Source: an uncultured Verrucomicrobiae bacterium (GTDB taxonomy: Bacteria > Verrucomicrobiota > Verrucomicrobiia > Chthoniobacterales > JAFAMB01). Taken from it: a stretch of 64,000 bases of DNA. The stretch lies in assembly GCA_963837955.1 (NCBI GenBank), contig CAWIPH010000001.1, positions 256,001 to 320,000 of the forward strand, read 5' to 3'. This document shows, piece after piece, positions 29,521 through 39,160 of the stretch. Positions within the stretch are counted from its first letter, which is position 1, and each line of letters opens with the position of its first letter. Under the pieces are notes generated by a model, which searched no databases, was not told the DNA's origin, and saw nothing but the letters and a program-made list of their open reading frames with translations. Position numbers and translations under genes: made by a program.

Positions 29521-30267
29521 TCATTTTCGCAGTGCTTCCTCAACGGCACGCGGGAAAATCTCGGCGAGGTCGCCGTCGAGTCGCAGTGAAACGGACGAAT
29601 CGTGATCATGGTCGGTTGGACCCCGATTGATAATGACATAGGGGACGCCGCGCTGGGCCGCCAATAACGGAAACGAAGCAGCGGGATAGACCGAAAGAGT
29701 CGAGCCTAGCGCTACCACCAGATCAGTTGCCCGCGTCGCATCAGCCGCGCGCTCCAGCACCTCCGGAACGAGATTCTGCCCGAAACTAATGGTTGCCGGC
29801 TTAAGGAATCCGCCACAACGACAAAGCGGCGGTTGGCGATGAATTCGAAAATATTCGTAATGTGGCTCCGGGTCACCTCGCCATTGGCAGGTTTGGCATT
29901 CCACTAAGGCGTTGGTCCCATGGAGTTCTATCAGGTGATCCGGACCCGATCCAGCCAGCGAATGTAAGCCGTCGATGTTCTGGGTAATCAGGGCCGGAAC
30001 CTTTCCGGCCTGTTCCAGCTTCACCACCGAATCGTGCACGATGTTGGGCCGAGCAGTCCGAAAAGCCGCCCAAGCTTCCAATTTGTAGTCCCAATGCTCA
30101 ATCCGGGCAGCCTCGGAGCTCATGAAATCGTGATAGTAAACCGGTGTGCGTTTCGTCCATACACCGCCCGGTCCACGAAAGTCGGGAATACCGCTGGGTG
30201 TCGAAATTCCTGCTCCCGTGAATATCAACATCCGTTGCGCCTGCCGAAGATATTGGGTGAGCGTCAT
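29521..30267 (-). CDS. cobB: Sir2 family NAD-dependent protein deacylase
   Basis: GAGISTPSGIPDFRG, ITQNIDGLH, ELHG, two Cys pairs, GSTLSVYPAA. Confidence 0.9.
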   Translation of the reverse strand: MTLTQYLRQAQRMLIFTGAGISTPSGIPDFRGPGGVWTKRTPVYYHDFMSSEAARIEHWDYKLEAWAAFRTARPNIVHDSVVKLEQAGKVPALITQNIDGLHSLAGSGPDHLIELHGTNALVECQTCQWRGDPEPHYEYFRIHRQPPLCRCGGFLKPATISFGQNLVPEVLERAADATRATDLVVALGSTLSVYPAASFPLLAAQRGVPYVIINRGPTDHDHDSSVSLRLDGDLAEIFPRAVEEALRK

Positions 30268-30424
30268 AGGGGGTGGGAGATTCGGGAATCGCTAATGGCG
30301 AGAGCGACGATCAATAGCAAATAAACAAAGGACAAGCCGCCAAGGGGCCGGCAGCAATAGATCGAGCTTTCTGTGTCTGTTTCCTGTTTGCCTCTATCTC
30401 CCTTCCTGCTTCATTCTTTCTCTT

Positions 30425-30625
30425 ATGCGCCGAGTGATAAAATCTGATCAAGGTCCCCTGGAGATCAAACCGGAGGAGAAATCCGTTTGGATCTGTATGT
30501 GCGGGCTGTCAGCGAACCAACCGTTTTGCGACGGTTCCCATAAACGTACCAGAGATGAAGAGGAAGGGAAAACGTATCAGTACGATGCCGAAGGGCATCG
30601 GACAGAGATAACCGATCCCAAATGA
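30425..30625 (+). CDS. CDGSH iron-sulfur domain protein
   Basis: CMCGLSANQPFCDGSH. Confidence 0.93.
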   Translation: MRRVIKSDQGPLEIKPEEKSVWICMCGLSANQPFCDGSHKRTRDEEEGKTYQYDAEGHRTEITDPK

Positions 30626-30722
30626 CACATGAGAAATCGCGACTCAGGCTCCAACTGCAACTCAGCTGCTTGAGCGGGTTCATCGAGTTCGGCGCGCGTT
30701 AGAGCGCGCGCTTTGTCATCTG

Positions 30723-31355
30723 TTAATTCGTTTCTGAGTGGGCCGCTAACTGCCGTGCATAGCGGCCTTTGAGGATGAAGTAGATCGGGTAAATGACGGA
30801 TACGGCGACCTCAAAAATACTCAGCATCTTAGCCATCGTTAAGAACGGGGAGAAATCGGCGCTCGGAGGCGTACCCGCGAGCGCACCCGCGAACGCCAAG
30901 GTCAATGCGACAGCATGAACAGCGGCCACGAAAGTGATGGTGTATAACAAAAGCATCAGGCGCGTGGGCTTCGTGTAAAAGCAATAGATGACCCCAACCA
31001 ACGCCGCTACCAATTCGATAGGTCCCAGGTTGGCGATCCAAACCGGAAAATTGTGTCCCGACAGCTGCCAGAGCGCAGTAAAAAGATCTATTCCGGTAAT
31101 AAACAGGACCACCAGCAAGATGCCGCTGCGGATTCGAAAATGGGGGGCTGCGGGTGAACGGCGCAAACGCAAAAAAATCAGAACTACCGCAATCAGCTGA
31201 ACGACACTGACGATACAAAATCCGAGATCGGAGCGGCGGGGAAAGATATTCGCGCAAATCCAGAGTTCACACGCAATAGCCAAGCAAATTCGCTGCCCTA
31301 ATCCCAGCCTCCGGGCGAAGAAAGCAGTTTCAGGCTGTTTATGCTCGGTCGTCAC
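30723..31355 (-). CDS. Hypothetical multi-pass membrane protein
   Basis: About six hydrophobic segments. Confidence 0.6.
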   Translation of the reverse strand: MTTEHKQPETAFFARRLGLGQRICLAIACELWICANIFPRRSDLGFCIVSVVQLIAVVLIFLRLRRSPAAPHFRIRSGILLVVLFITGIDLFTALWQLSGHNFPVWIANLGPIELVAALVGVIYCFYTKPTRLMLLLYTITFVAAVHAVALTLAFAGALAGTPPSADFSPFLTMAKMLSIFEVAVSVIYPIYFILKGRYARQLAAHSETN

Positions 31356-31615
31356 TTGGGCCTAGCTCCATTGTTAGTAGCATCACGTTGAGGGGGGCGT
31401 GACTATCACAATCGCGCCGTCACGAACCTAGCGCGACGTGACAGACGGTATCAAGTTCAGGTTAAAGGTCAAAGGTTGGAAGTAGATGCTAAAAACGACG
31501 AGCAGCAGGCTAGAAGTTCGCCCCTATGTTTCAGCGACTGACGGCTGTTTCCTTCCTGTCTGTAACTATTAAAATTCTTGCTTGTTAGGAGGGCTTTTTC
31601 TAGCCTTTCAACCCT

Positions 31616-32038
31616 ATGGGTCTACTAGCAACCTTAATGGGAAAAATCCTCGGAAAAGGTGCTCCGAGCACTCAGTCGACCACTACCGCTCAACCGCCAG
31701 CCGGCGGCTCAAATCCGCCAGTTGCTGTTAATGCGCCGGCCGGCGCCTCTGCTCCTCCACCCTCGGCTCCTCCACCAGTGGTGGATGTAACCGCGATTCT
31801 CGACGGCTTGGCTTCGAAGAATCCCGAAAAATTGGATTGGCGTAAGTCCATTGTTGATTTGATGAAACTGGTGGGAATGGACAGCAGTCTTTCCGCCCGC
31901 ATCGAGCTTGCGAAAGAGCTGCATTACACCGGAAATACAAACGATTCCGCCACGATGAACATCTGGCTGCACAAGACCGTGATCCAAAAGATCTCGGAAA
32001 ATGGCGGGAAAGTTCCGCAAGAATTGCTGAAGTTCTAA
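31616..32038 (+). CDS. DUF3597 family protein
   Basis: LDWRKSIVDLMKLVGMDSSLSARIELAKELHY...SATMNIWLHK. Confidence 0.88.
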   Translation: MGLLATLMGKILGKGAPSTQSTTTAQPPAGGSNPPVAVNAPAGASAPPPSAPPPVVDVTAILDGLASKNPEKLDWRKSIVDLMKLVGMDSSLSARIELAKELHYTGNTNDSATMNIWLHKTVIQKISENGGKVPQELLKF

Positions 32039-32204
32039 AGGGCAAGAGTCCGCAAATAGGATACCGGAAAGAGGCAAGCAGGGATCGCAATTCGCCGCAG
32101 CGCCAGGTCGATCAACACCATGCGTGCGCGGCGGCGGGGTAGTATTTCGTTGCCCATCACCCGTATGGAGTTGGGTTCCGGAGAGATGCCAAGCGGCTAA
32201 GGCA

Positions 32205-32736
32205 ATCAATCCCGGAGGGATGCCATGAAAGTAGCCCAGTACGAAGTGCTGGGAAAAATGAAGGAAAAGACGGCCCGTCCCGCAGGGACGATCGAAACGA
32301 TCAATTATTGGCCTCCAATGTGACTTTACGAGCCTGAGCGGAGGTCGATCGTCCCTTCCGGGACGAATACGTTTTAAAAAACGCGACCCAGTACGAAGTT
32401 CTGGGAAATGAAGGAAAGACGGCCTGTCCCGACAGGGACGATCGAAACGATCATTTATTGGCCTCCAATGTGACTGTACGAGTCTAAGCGGAGGTCGATC
32501 GTCCCTTCCGGGACGAATACGTTTTAAAAAACGCGACCCAGTACGAAGTTCTGGGAAATGAAGGAAAGACGGCCTGTCCCGACAGGGACGATCGAAACGA
32601 TCATTTATTGGCCTCCAATGTGACTGTACGAGCCCTAGCGGAGGTCGATCGTCCCTTCCGGGACGGATACGTTTTAAAAAACACGACCCAGCACTGAAGT
32701 GCTGGGCTACTTTCATGGCATCCCTCCGGGATTGAT
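32205..32736. mobile_element. Palindromic MITE/REPIN-like element, three tandem ~150-bp modules
   Basis: Long terminal IR atcaatcccggagggatgccatgaaagtagcccag; module boundaries at about 32235, 32387, 32537 and 32687. Confidence 0.85.
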
Positions 32737-32882
32737 CGCTTCACCTCATGGCGGACAGGTGCGATCCCAATCCCGAGCCCTGATGTTGGCGCACCCTACC
32801 ACTCCATTTGAGGAACACCACAGAGCCCGCCTTGACGTAGGTTTTGCGGAGTCGAGTTGTGATCCCTCTCCGCTTCGAGCCC

Positions 32883-33101
32883 CTACCCTAACCGATAGAC
32901 GATGCGCGCCTTATCGAGATCGTACGGCGACATTTCCACTTTGACCCGATCGCCTACGGTAAGACGAATGAATCGTTTGCGCATCTTGCCCGAAATGTGA
33001 GCAAGCACAAGGTGCCGGTTTTCAAGTTCGACCCGGAACATGGTCCCGGGAAGCACACTAACAATTTTTCCTTCAGTAACAATTTGACTTTCGGTCGGCA
33101 T
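32883..33101 (-). CDS. infA: Translation initiation factor IF-1
   Basis: [12 protein letters not shown]...[36 protein letters not shown]. Confidence 0.97.
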   Translation of the reverse strand: MPTESQIVTEGKIVSVLPGTMFRVELENRHLVLAHISGKMRKRFIRLTVGDRVKVEMSPYDLDKARIVYRLG

Positions 33102-33530
33102 AATTTTTTCACTCACGACATGTGAGTTTCGACTCACAGGCCGGATATCAGAACACTTGCCGGTCGATCGCTCCCAACGTTCACCGGCAAGAAAGGCGAG
33201 GCATCGGCCTCGCCTGAAAAACCAGAGGCGGTACGCCTCTACTACATTTCGAATCCGCGATACAGGTTCATCCCGGATTGGCAGGGGCCTAGATTCGGCT
33301 AAATTCGCGTTTATTGCAACGAGTTACTGAAAAAGGACCATAGGATAAGGAGCCGATGGGTCTCTCGCATCCGATTACGCAAACCCGTCCCGCGCCAAAG
33401 GCTTTGGCGAACGCGGAGGCTGCATCGTGGCTAACCATCTGGAGATGCGCAGTTTAACGCTGACCCACATCAGAAGACGCCCGCGAGCTCGCGGCTGGAC
33501 TTCTCCAGGTTCGTCGCGAGATTAGAAGCC

Positions 33531-34868
33531 GTGGAGGATCTTTTCGAAAAAGAGCCGGCGTCTCCGACGGCTCACGCGCCTCTGGCTGCACGGATGCGAC
33601 CGCGGTCGCTCGATGAATATGTTGGCCAGCGTCACATTCTCGGAGAAGGCAAGTTGCTCCGGAGAGCGATTGAGTCCGATCGTCTGACTTCGATTATTCT
33701 TTATGGTCCCCCCGGGGTCGGGAAGACGAGTCTCGCCCAGGTTATCGCCTCGGCAACGCAGAGCCATTTCGAGCGGCTCAGTGGCGTGGAAAGTTCCGTT
33801 AACGATATTCGGCGGACAATCGCCAGTGCGGGCTTACGTCTGAAAAATCGCGGCACCCGCACGATCTTATTCGTCGACGAGATTCATCGTTTCAACAAGG
33901 CACAGCAGGATGTCCTCCTACCAGATGTTGAGAGCGGCCTGCTTCGACTGATCGGGGCGACAACTCACAATCCTTTTTTTTACGTTAACCCGCCGCTGGT
34001 ATCGCGTTCGCAGATCTTTCAACTTGAGCCTTTGTCCCGCCAAGATCTGATAGATCTGATGGAGCAGGCACTGCGTGACGAAGAACGCGGGCTGGGGAAG
34101 TTTCCCATTGAAGTTGATCCGGTGGCTCTTCGCTTCCTCGCGGACGTGAGCGAAGGGGACGCGCGTCGATGTCTGAATGCACTGGAAATCGCGGTGCTGA
34201 CGACCGCTCCTTCGCCAGACGGCAAAATTCGGGTCACTCGCGAAGTGGCGGCGGAAAGCATTCAAAAAAAAGCGATCGTCTACGACGCCAACGAGGGCGA
34301 ACACTACGACACAATTAGCGCGTTTATTAAGAGCATGCGTGGGTCCGACCCGGATGCTGCACTCTATTGGCTAGCAAAAATGCTGTACGGCGGAGAGGAC
34401 ATCCGATTTATCGCTCGCCGGATTGTGATCGCGGCAAGCGAAGATGTCGGGATGGCTGATCCGCAAGCGTTAGTCGTTGCGGTCGCCGCACAACACGCCG
34501 TTGAATTTGTCGGTCTACCGGAAGCGAGGATCCCGCTAGCCCACGCCACGGTGTACATCGCAACCGCACCGAAAAGCAATCGCGCTTACATTGCTCTGGA
34601 ACAGGCTACCGAAGACATCAAGCAAGGGCGTGTCTTAGCAGTACCAAAATACCTCCGGGGCGGCGGCAGCAAACTACTCGGGGAAGGGGAAGGATATAAG
34701 TATTCACACGACTTCGAAGGTGGCTACGTGCCCCAGGCCTACCTCCCCGAAGGCCGGCGTTACTATGAACCGAGCGATATCGGCTTCGAGCGCCGGATAA
34801 AAGAGCGTTTGGACTACTGGCGTTCGCAGTTTGAAGCCGCCCAAAAAAACGAAGCGGACGGAGCATAA
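33531..34868 (+). CDS. rarA: Replication-associated recombination protein A (AAA+)
   Basis: PLAARMRP, GPPGVGKT, FVDEIHRFNKAQQD, HYDTISAFIKSMRGSDPDAA. Confidence 0.96.
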   Translation: MEDLFEKEPASPTAHAPLAARMRPRSLDEYVGQRHILGEGKLLRRAIESDRLTSIILYGPPGVGKTSLAQVIASATQSHFERLSGVESSVNDIRRTIASAGLRLKNRGTRTILFVDEIHRFNKAQQDVLLPDVESGLLRLIGATTHNPFFYVNPPLVSRSQIFQLEPLSRQDLIDLMEQALRDEERGLGKFPIEVDPVALRFLADVSEGDARRCLNALEIAVLTTAPSPDGKIRVTREVAAESIQKKAIVYDANEGEHYDTISAFIKSMRGSDPDAALYWLAKMLYGGEDIRFIARRIVIAASEDVGMADPQALVVAVAAQHAVEFVGLPEARIPLAHATVYIATAPKSNRAYIALEQATEDIKQGRVLAVPKYLRGGGSKLLGEGEGYKYSHDFEGGYVPQAYLPEGRRYYEPSDIGFERRIKERLDYWRSQFEAAQKNEADGA

Positions 34869-34875
34869 CGCCGAC

Positions 34876-35053
34876 GGCGCCGGCTTGTCCGACGAAGCCT
34901 TCCGGAGTTTAAACGACGGAGCGAAGTCGGAGAACGCCGGCAACGCCGGGAGCGCCGACCTGTCCGACGAAGCTCCTCCGCTACATCTGCGACGTCTCAA
35001 GGATCAGCGAAGTCGGAAGCCTTCCGGAGTCTCAGACGACGGAGCGAAGTCGG
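34876..35053. repeat. TCCGACGAAG...GCGAAGTCGGA palindromic repeat cluster
   Basis: Two and a half copies; same family at 14581-14597 and 14683-14740. Confidence 0.75.
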
Positions 35054-35133
35054 ATACGCCGTCACGCCGTCACCCTCCCCCGTCCCGCGGCTTGAGTTTT
35101 TCGGCTGAACCAATTATTACTGCTGCACCCTAA

Positions 35134-37038
35134 GTGCCTCAGTTTCCGCGCAATCGAACGATTTTTTCTTGGTTTAGCTTTTTGATCGCCGCAATTCTGT
35201 TCGGCGGAATGGCTTGGATTCAGGTTCGACTCGGCGGAACTCGTCCAGCGTACGCGTATCCCGGCTATCTGTTGGTTGGAAGCGCCGGTGTGCTAAGTGT
35301 TCTCGGTATCGGTTTCAAACGCAGCGTGCCCAATTGGACTACCCTCCTTGGGACCTCTCTTTTTTTTGGTTACCTCCTGGTTCGCACCTGGTTTTCACCA
35401 CTTCAGTTTCTAGCCAACGCGAACCTGTTCCTGATCCTCGCTGCACTTATTAGCTATTTTCTGAGCGCAGCTTTTTTTACGGGCCTACATCAACGTCTTC
35501 TCCTGATCAGCGGATTTCTGCTGTTGGAAATTGGCCATCTCTGGGTGGGAATGATTCAGTACATTTTTGGAGAGAATTTTCTGCCATTTGGTTACGTCCG
35601 GCCGGATTACGGGGCTCGCGCGAGCGGGTTTTACGTCTGCCCCAATCATTTCGCGGGATTTCTCGAGAGTTTGGCGCTATTAGCTTTAGCGCTCGCCCTA
35701 TTCGCACGTTTGCAAATTTGGACGCGTATCGTCTTGATCTATCTGGCGGGCGCCGCCTTAGCCGGAGTCCTGATTTCCGGCAGCAGAGGCGGCTATCTCA
35801 GTACGGGCGCAGGGCTCCTATTGTTGGTGGTTTATGGCGTCTACCACTCCTACCGGGCCGCCCCATCTCGTTTTCGACAACTCTTACTCGGCGCAACCGG
35901 TGGTGGATGCCTGGCTTTACTTTTGGGATTCGTTTTCGTCGCTCGGAGCGATCTTTTAACTCAGCGGTTCGGTCTAATCGTCGAGTCGAAAGATTTACGG
36001 CCACGCCTTTGGCAGGCAGCTCTTCAGGAATTTACTGTAAATCCATCAATCGGGACGGGAGCAGGAACCTACTTGGTCTATGGCCGGAAATTTCGCGATC
36101 CATCGATCCAGACAGATCCGGTTTACGCCCATAACGACTATGTCCAACTACTGGGCGAATACGGAGCGATTGGTGCAGTCCTCCTCATTACCTTCGTCGC
36201 CGTTCATCTCGGCAGTGCCTGGAAATTTGTTCGTCGAATGCTGCGTTGGCTACGAGAAAACGGAGAGGCTTTCAGTTCGTCGCTCGCATTAGTCGTCGGG
36301 GCCGGTCTGGGAATTGTTGCCTTAGCGGTGCATTCGTCTTTTGATTTTAATTTGCAGATCCCGGGAAACACCCTGTTTGTAGCGTTCTTGTTTGGGATTT
36401 TGGCGAATCCGGGCGTTCAGTGGAACAAAGACCGAAAAGAGCCTCGATTGCTTGCTTGGATCTGGCGAATCATCCCGGTTCTTCTAGGTCTAATCTTGAT
36501 CGGTTCGATCTGGCCACGTTGGCCCGGCGAAGACGAAGCCGAAGCCGCGCGATCGGCCTTTTTCAAGCGCTCCTACGCGCTCGCAATTTATCACGCCCGC
36601 AAAGCAGCCGACTTCGGAAATGAAGATCCTGATACGTTTTATTATCTGGGTGAATCGAGACGCCAACTCGGCAATCAATTTACCGGTACTACCCAACAAG
36701 ACTTGTTGTCCGCGGCCGCTGAAGCTTTCGATCAGGGATTGAACTATTTCCCCATGGATGAACGATTGCTGGTGAAAGGAGGCCTCAATCTATCGCAACT
36801 AGGCGACTTTGCCGGAGCGGATGCGCTTTTCGCTCGAGCTCTTGATTGGAGTCCAAAGCTGGCTCAAGTCTATGCCTTCTATGGCTCGCGCCTCCAACTC
36901 GAAGGAAGGAATGAAGAGGCGGCCATCGCCTATCGGCATTCAAACAAGCTGCAGGCCAACCAAATCGCGACAATAGGATTGGACCAAACGCTTGAAGCAA
37001 TAAACACTACAAAACCGGCAGAAAGCCCAACTCCGTAG
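35134..37038 (+). CDS. O-antigen ligase (Wzy_C) family protein with C-terminal TPR
   Basis: Many TMs; RASGFYVCPNHFAG, SGSRGG, GTGAGTY, AHNDYVQ; TPR-like tail. Confidence 0.88.
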   Translation: MPQFPRNRTIFSWFSFLIAAILFGGMAWIQVRLGGTRPAYAYPGYLLVGSAGVLSVLGIGFKRSVPNWTTLLGTSLFFGYLLVRTWFSPLQFLANANLFLILAALISYFLSAAFFTGLHQRLLLISGFLLLEIGHLWVGMIQYIFGENFLPFGYVRPDYGARASGFYVCPNHFAGFLESLALLALALALFARLQIWTRIVLIYLAGAALAGVLISGSRGGYLSTGAGLLLLVVYGVYHSYRAAPSRFRQLLLGATGGGCLALLLGFVFVARSDLLTQRFGLIVESKDLRPRLWQAALQEFTVNPSIGTGAGTYLVYGRKFRDPSIQTDPVYAHNDYVQLLGEYGAIGAVLLITFVAVHLGSAWKFVRRMLRWLRENGEAFSSSLALVVGAGLGIVALAVHSSFDFNLQIPGNTLFVAFLFGILANPGVQWNKDRKEPRLLAWIWRIIPVLLGLILIGSIWPRWPGEDEAEAARSAFFKRSYALAIYHARKAADFGNEDPDTFYYLGESRRQLGNQFTGTTQQDLLSAAAEAFDQGLNYFPMDERLLVKGGLNLSQLGDFAGADALFARALDWSPKLAQVYAFYGSRLQLEGRNEEAAIAYRHSNKLQANQIATIGLDQTLEAINTTKPAESPTP

Positions 37039-37059
37039 TGTCTCTACATTAGTACTTCT

Positions 37060-38859
37060 ATGAAAAGCTTCTTCGCTTCATTTTTCGGAACCATTTTCGC
37101 CATAGTGCTGCTCACTGTCGGGGGATTTTTTCTGCTGATTGGCATCCTCTCTCTGATCGGATCAGCGAGTAAGGGACCTACGGTAGAAAACAGAAGCGTG
37201 CTGGTGATTGACCTGGCCGTCCCGATCTCTGACGCCCCAGCCGAGTTCACAACATCAGAACTGGTTTCAGAGTTATCGGGTCAGGAGAATCAGCGCGTCA
37301 CCTTGCGCGAAGTGCTACGCAGTATTTCGCTGGCTGCCACCGACGATCGCGTCTCAGCCATTTTTCTGACCGGAAATGTGACACCGGTCGGTTACTCTTC
37401 TGGATTGGCAGCGCTTCGCGAAATTCGCGACGCTCTCGTCCGGTTTAAGCAATCGAAGAAGCCAGTCTATGCCTACCTGATGGTCCCTTTTACCAGGACC
37501 TATTACGTCGCTTCGGTAGCGGACAAAATCTATCTCGATCGCGAAGAAGGAATGGCCGTGACCGGCCTTGTTTCTGAACAACTCCGTTTCGCTTCACTGC
37601 TCAAAAGATTCGGGATTGGCATTCAGGTCTCCAAACAGGGGAAGTACAAGTCCGCTGTCGAACCATATGTGTTGGACACCAGCAGCCCTGAAAATACGGA
37701 GCAAGTCCAAGCTTTACTCTTCGACTTCTGGAGCGAAATCACCACTGGCATCGAACAAGCTCGCGGCATACCGCCAGGGACCGTGCAGCAACTGATTACA
37801 GAAAAAGGGCTCATCGATGCCGATACCGCGTTGCAACAAAAACTCGTGACCGATGTGGAACCCCTCACATCAGTCATGGATGAGCTAAAACAGAAATACG
37901 CCGAAGATAGTAAGAACAACACCTTTCGCCAGATCACGGTAGCGAATTACTTAGCTGCTTTCGACGGCCGAGTTCGCAGCGCTGAAAAGGGATCTAAGGT
38001 CGGAGTCATTTACGCAGAAGGTGAAATCGTGGACGGCGAAGGAGATTCGAGCACCATTGGCGGCGATAAACTCGCTCGGGCTGTGCGCAAGTTCCGTTTC
38101 GATCCGGACATCAAAGCGATCGTCTTGCGAGTAAACAGTCCTGGTGGCAGCGGCCTGGCGTCTGAAGTCATCCGGAGCGAGTTGGAATCGACGCAGAAGT
38201 TAAAACCAATCGTGGTTTCCATGGGAACGGTCGCCGCCTCCGGAGGCTACTGGATCGCGACCACGGCAAGTCGAATTTTTGCAGAGCCAGGGACGATCAC
38301 CGGCAGTATTGGCGTATTCGGCTTGTTACCCAATGTGCAAAAATTAGCGAACGATCATGGTGTCTACTGGAATCCCATTGAAACGGCACCGTATTCAGAC
38401 CTTTTCTCGATTTCCCGGCCAAAAACCGACGCGGAGCTGGCTGTGTTCCAGAGAACGATCGACCACATGTACGACGACTTTTTGAAGCATGTTTCTGATG
38501 GGCGACACCTTCCGGTGGACGCCGTGAAAGAGATCGCTCAGGGACGGGTCTGGTCGGGTACCCAGGCAATCAAGCTGCATCTGGTAGATGAAATTGGCGG
38601 CCTGCAAGCAGCGATCTCCTATGCCGGCACACTCGCGAATCTCGGCGATACTCCCAGGATTGCCGAGTACCCCGCAAAAAAGGATCTGAACGAGAGACTC
38701 AAAGAGCTTTTTAAGAGCACCGAGCGTCCTCCGGTATCGAAACTCGATCCCCTAAGTCGCGAGCTCAAAGCGCTCGAAACTGATTTACAAACATTGACTC
38801 ATCTCAATGACCCTCAAGGCGTATACGCGCTATTGCCATTCGGCATCGAGTGGCGGTAG
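37060..38859 (+). CDS. sppA: Signal peptide peptidase SppA (67K type)
   Basis: GKYKSAVEP, LRVNSPGGS, SMGTVAASGGYW, TITGSIGV, AQGRVWSG. Confidence 0.95.
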   Translation: MKSFFASFFGTIFAIVLLTVGGFFLLIGILSLIGSASKGPTVENRSVLVIDLAVPISDAPAEFTTSELVSELSGQENQRVTLREVLRSISLAATDDRVSAIFLTGNVTPVGYSSGLAALREIRDALVRFKQSKKPVYAYLMVPFTRTYYVASVADKIYLDREEGMAVTGLVSEQLRFASLLKRFGIGIQVSKQGKYKSAVEPYVLDTSSPENTEQVQALLFDFWSEITTGIEQARGIPPGTVQQLITEKGLIDADTALQQKLVTDVEPLTSVMDELKQKYAEDSKNNTFRQITVANYLAAFDGRVRSAEKGSKVGVIYAEGEIVDGEGDSSTIGGDKLARAVRKFRFDPDIKAIVLRVNSPGGSGLASEVIRSELESTQKLKPIVVSMGTVAASGGYWIATTASRIFAEPGTITGSIGVFGLLPNVQKLANDHGVYWNPIETAPYSDLFSISRPKTDAELAVFQRTIDHMYDDFLKHVSDGRHLPVDAVKEIAQGRVWSGTQAIKLHLVDEIGGLQAAISYAGTLANLGDTPRIAEYPAKKDLNERLKELFKSTERPPVSKLDPLSRELKALETDLQTLTHLNDPQGVYALLPFGIEWR

Positions 38860-38869
38860 GACGTTAAGT

Positions 38870-39160
38870 CCGGTAGGGACGCGCTCCCGCGCGTCCGTTT
38901 ACGTTTATTTGATCTGCGATTATCGAATTGCGCAACGTTTCGATTCGGACCGGCAGGAGCCGGTCCCTACCGGTCTTGGGCGGGGGACATCCTCCGGTAG
39001 GGACGCGCTTCCGCGCGTCCGCATGCGTTTTCATTGATCTGCGTTTATCGAATTGCACGACGTTTCGATTCGGACCGGCAGGAGCCGGTCCCTACCGGTC
39101 CTCTGGCGGGGAGGGCGCACGTCCTCGTGCGCCGCGGATCGCGAGGACGCGATCCCTCCC
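38870..39160. repeat. Two tandem GTAG-type REP doublets (REPIN-like) plus a hairpin repeat
   Basis: ccGGTAGggacgcgc..cgcgcgtcc ... ggaccggcaggagccggtccCTACcgg at 38870-38973 and 38994-39098; hairpin repeat at 39108-39160. Confidence 0.9.

Noticed and set aside
29521..30267. Sir2 anti-phage defence system
   Set aside because: It is a canonical short zinc-binding CobB-type deacylase with no partner (pAgo, HerA, TIR) nearby.
32205..32736. CRISPR-like array or a 335-aa repeat protein (ORF 31709..32716)
   Set aside because: The cores are the same within the locus. The ORF is a by-product of the 150-bp (3n) period and overlaps DUF3597 antisense.
33240..33480. tmRNA, 6S RNA or c-di-GMP riboswitch
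   Set aside because: No tRNA-like ends, tag peptide or GEMM consensus could be identified; kept only as an unassigned structured region.
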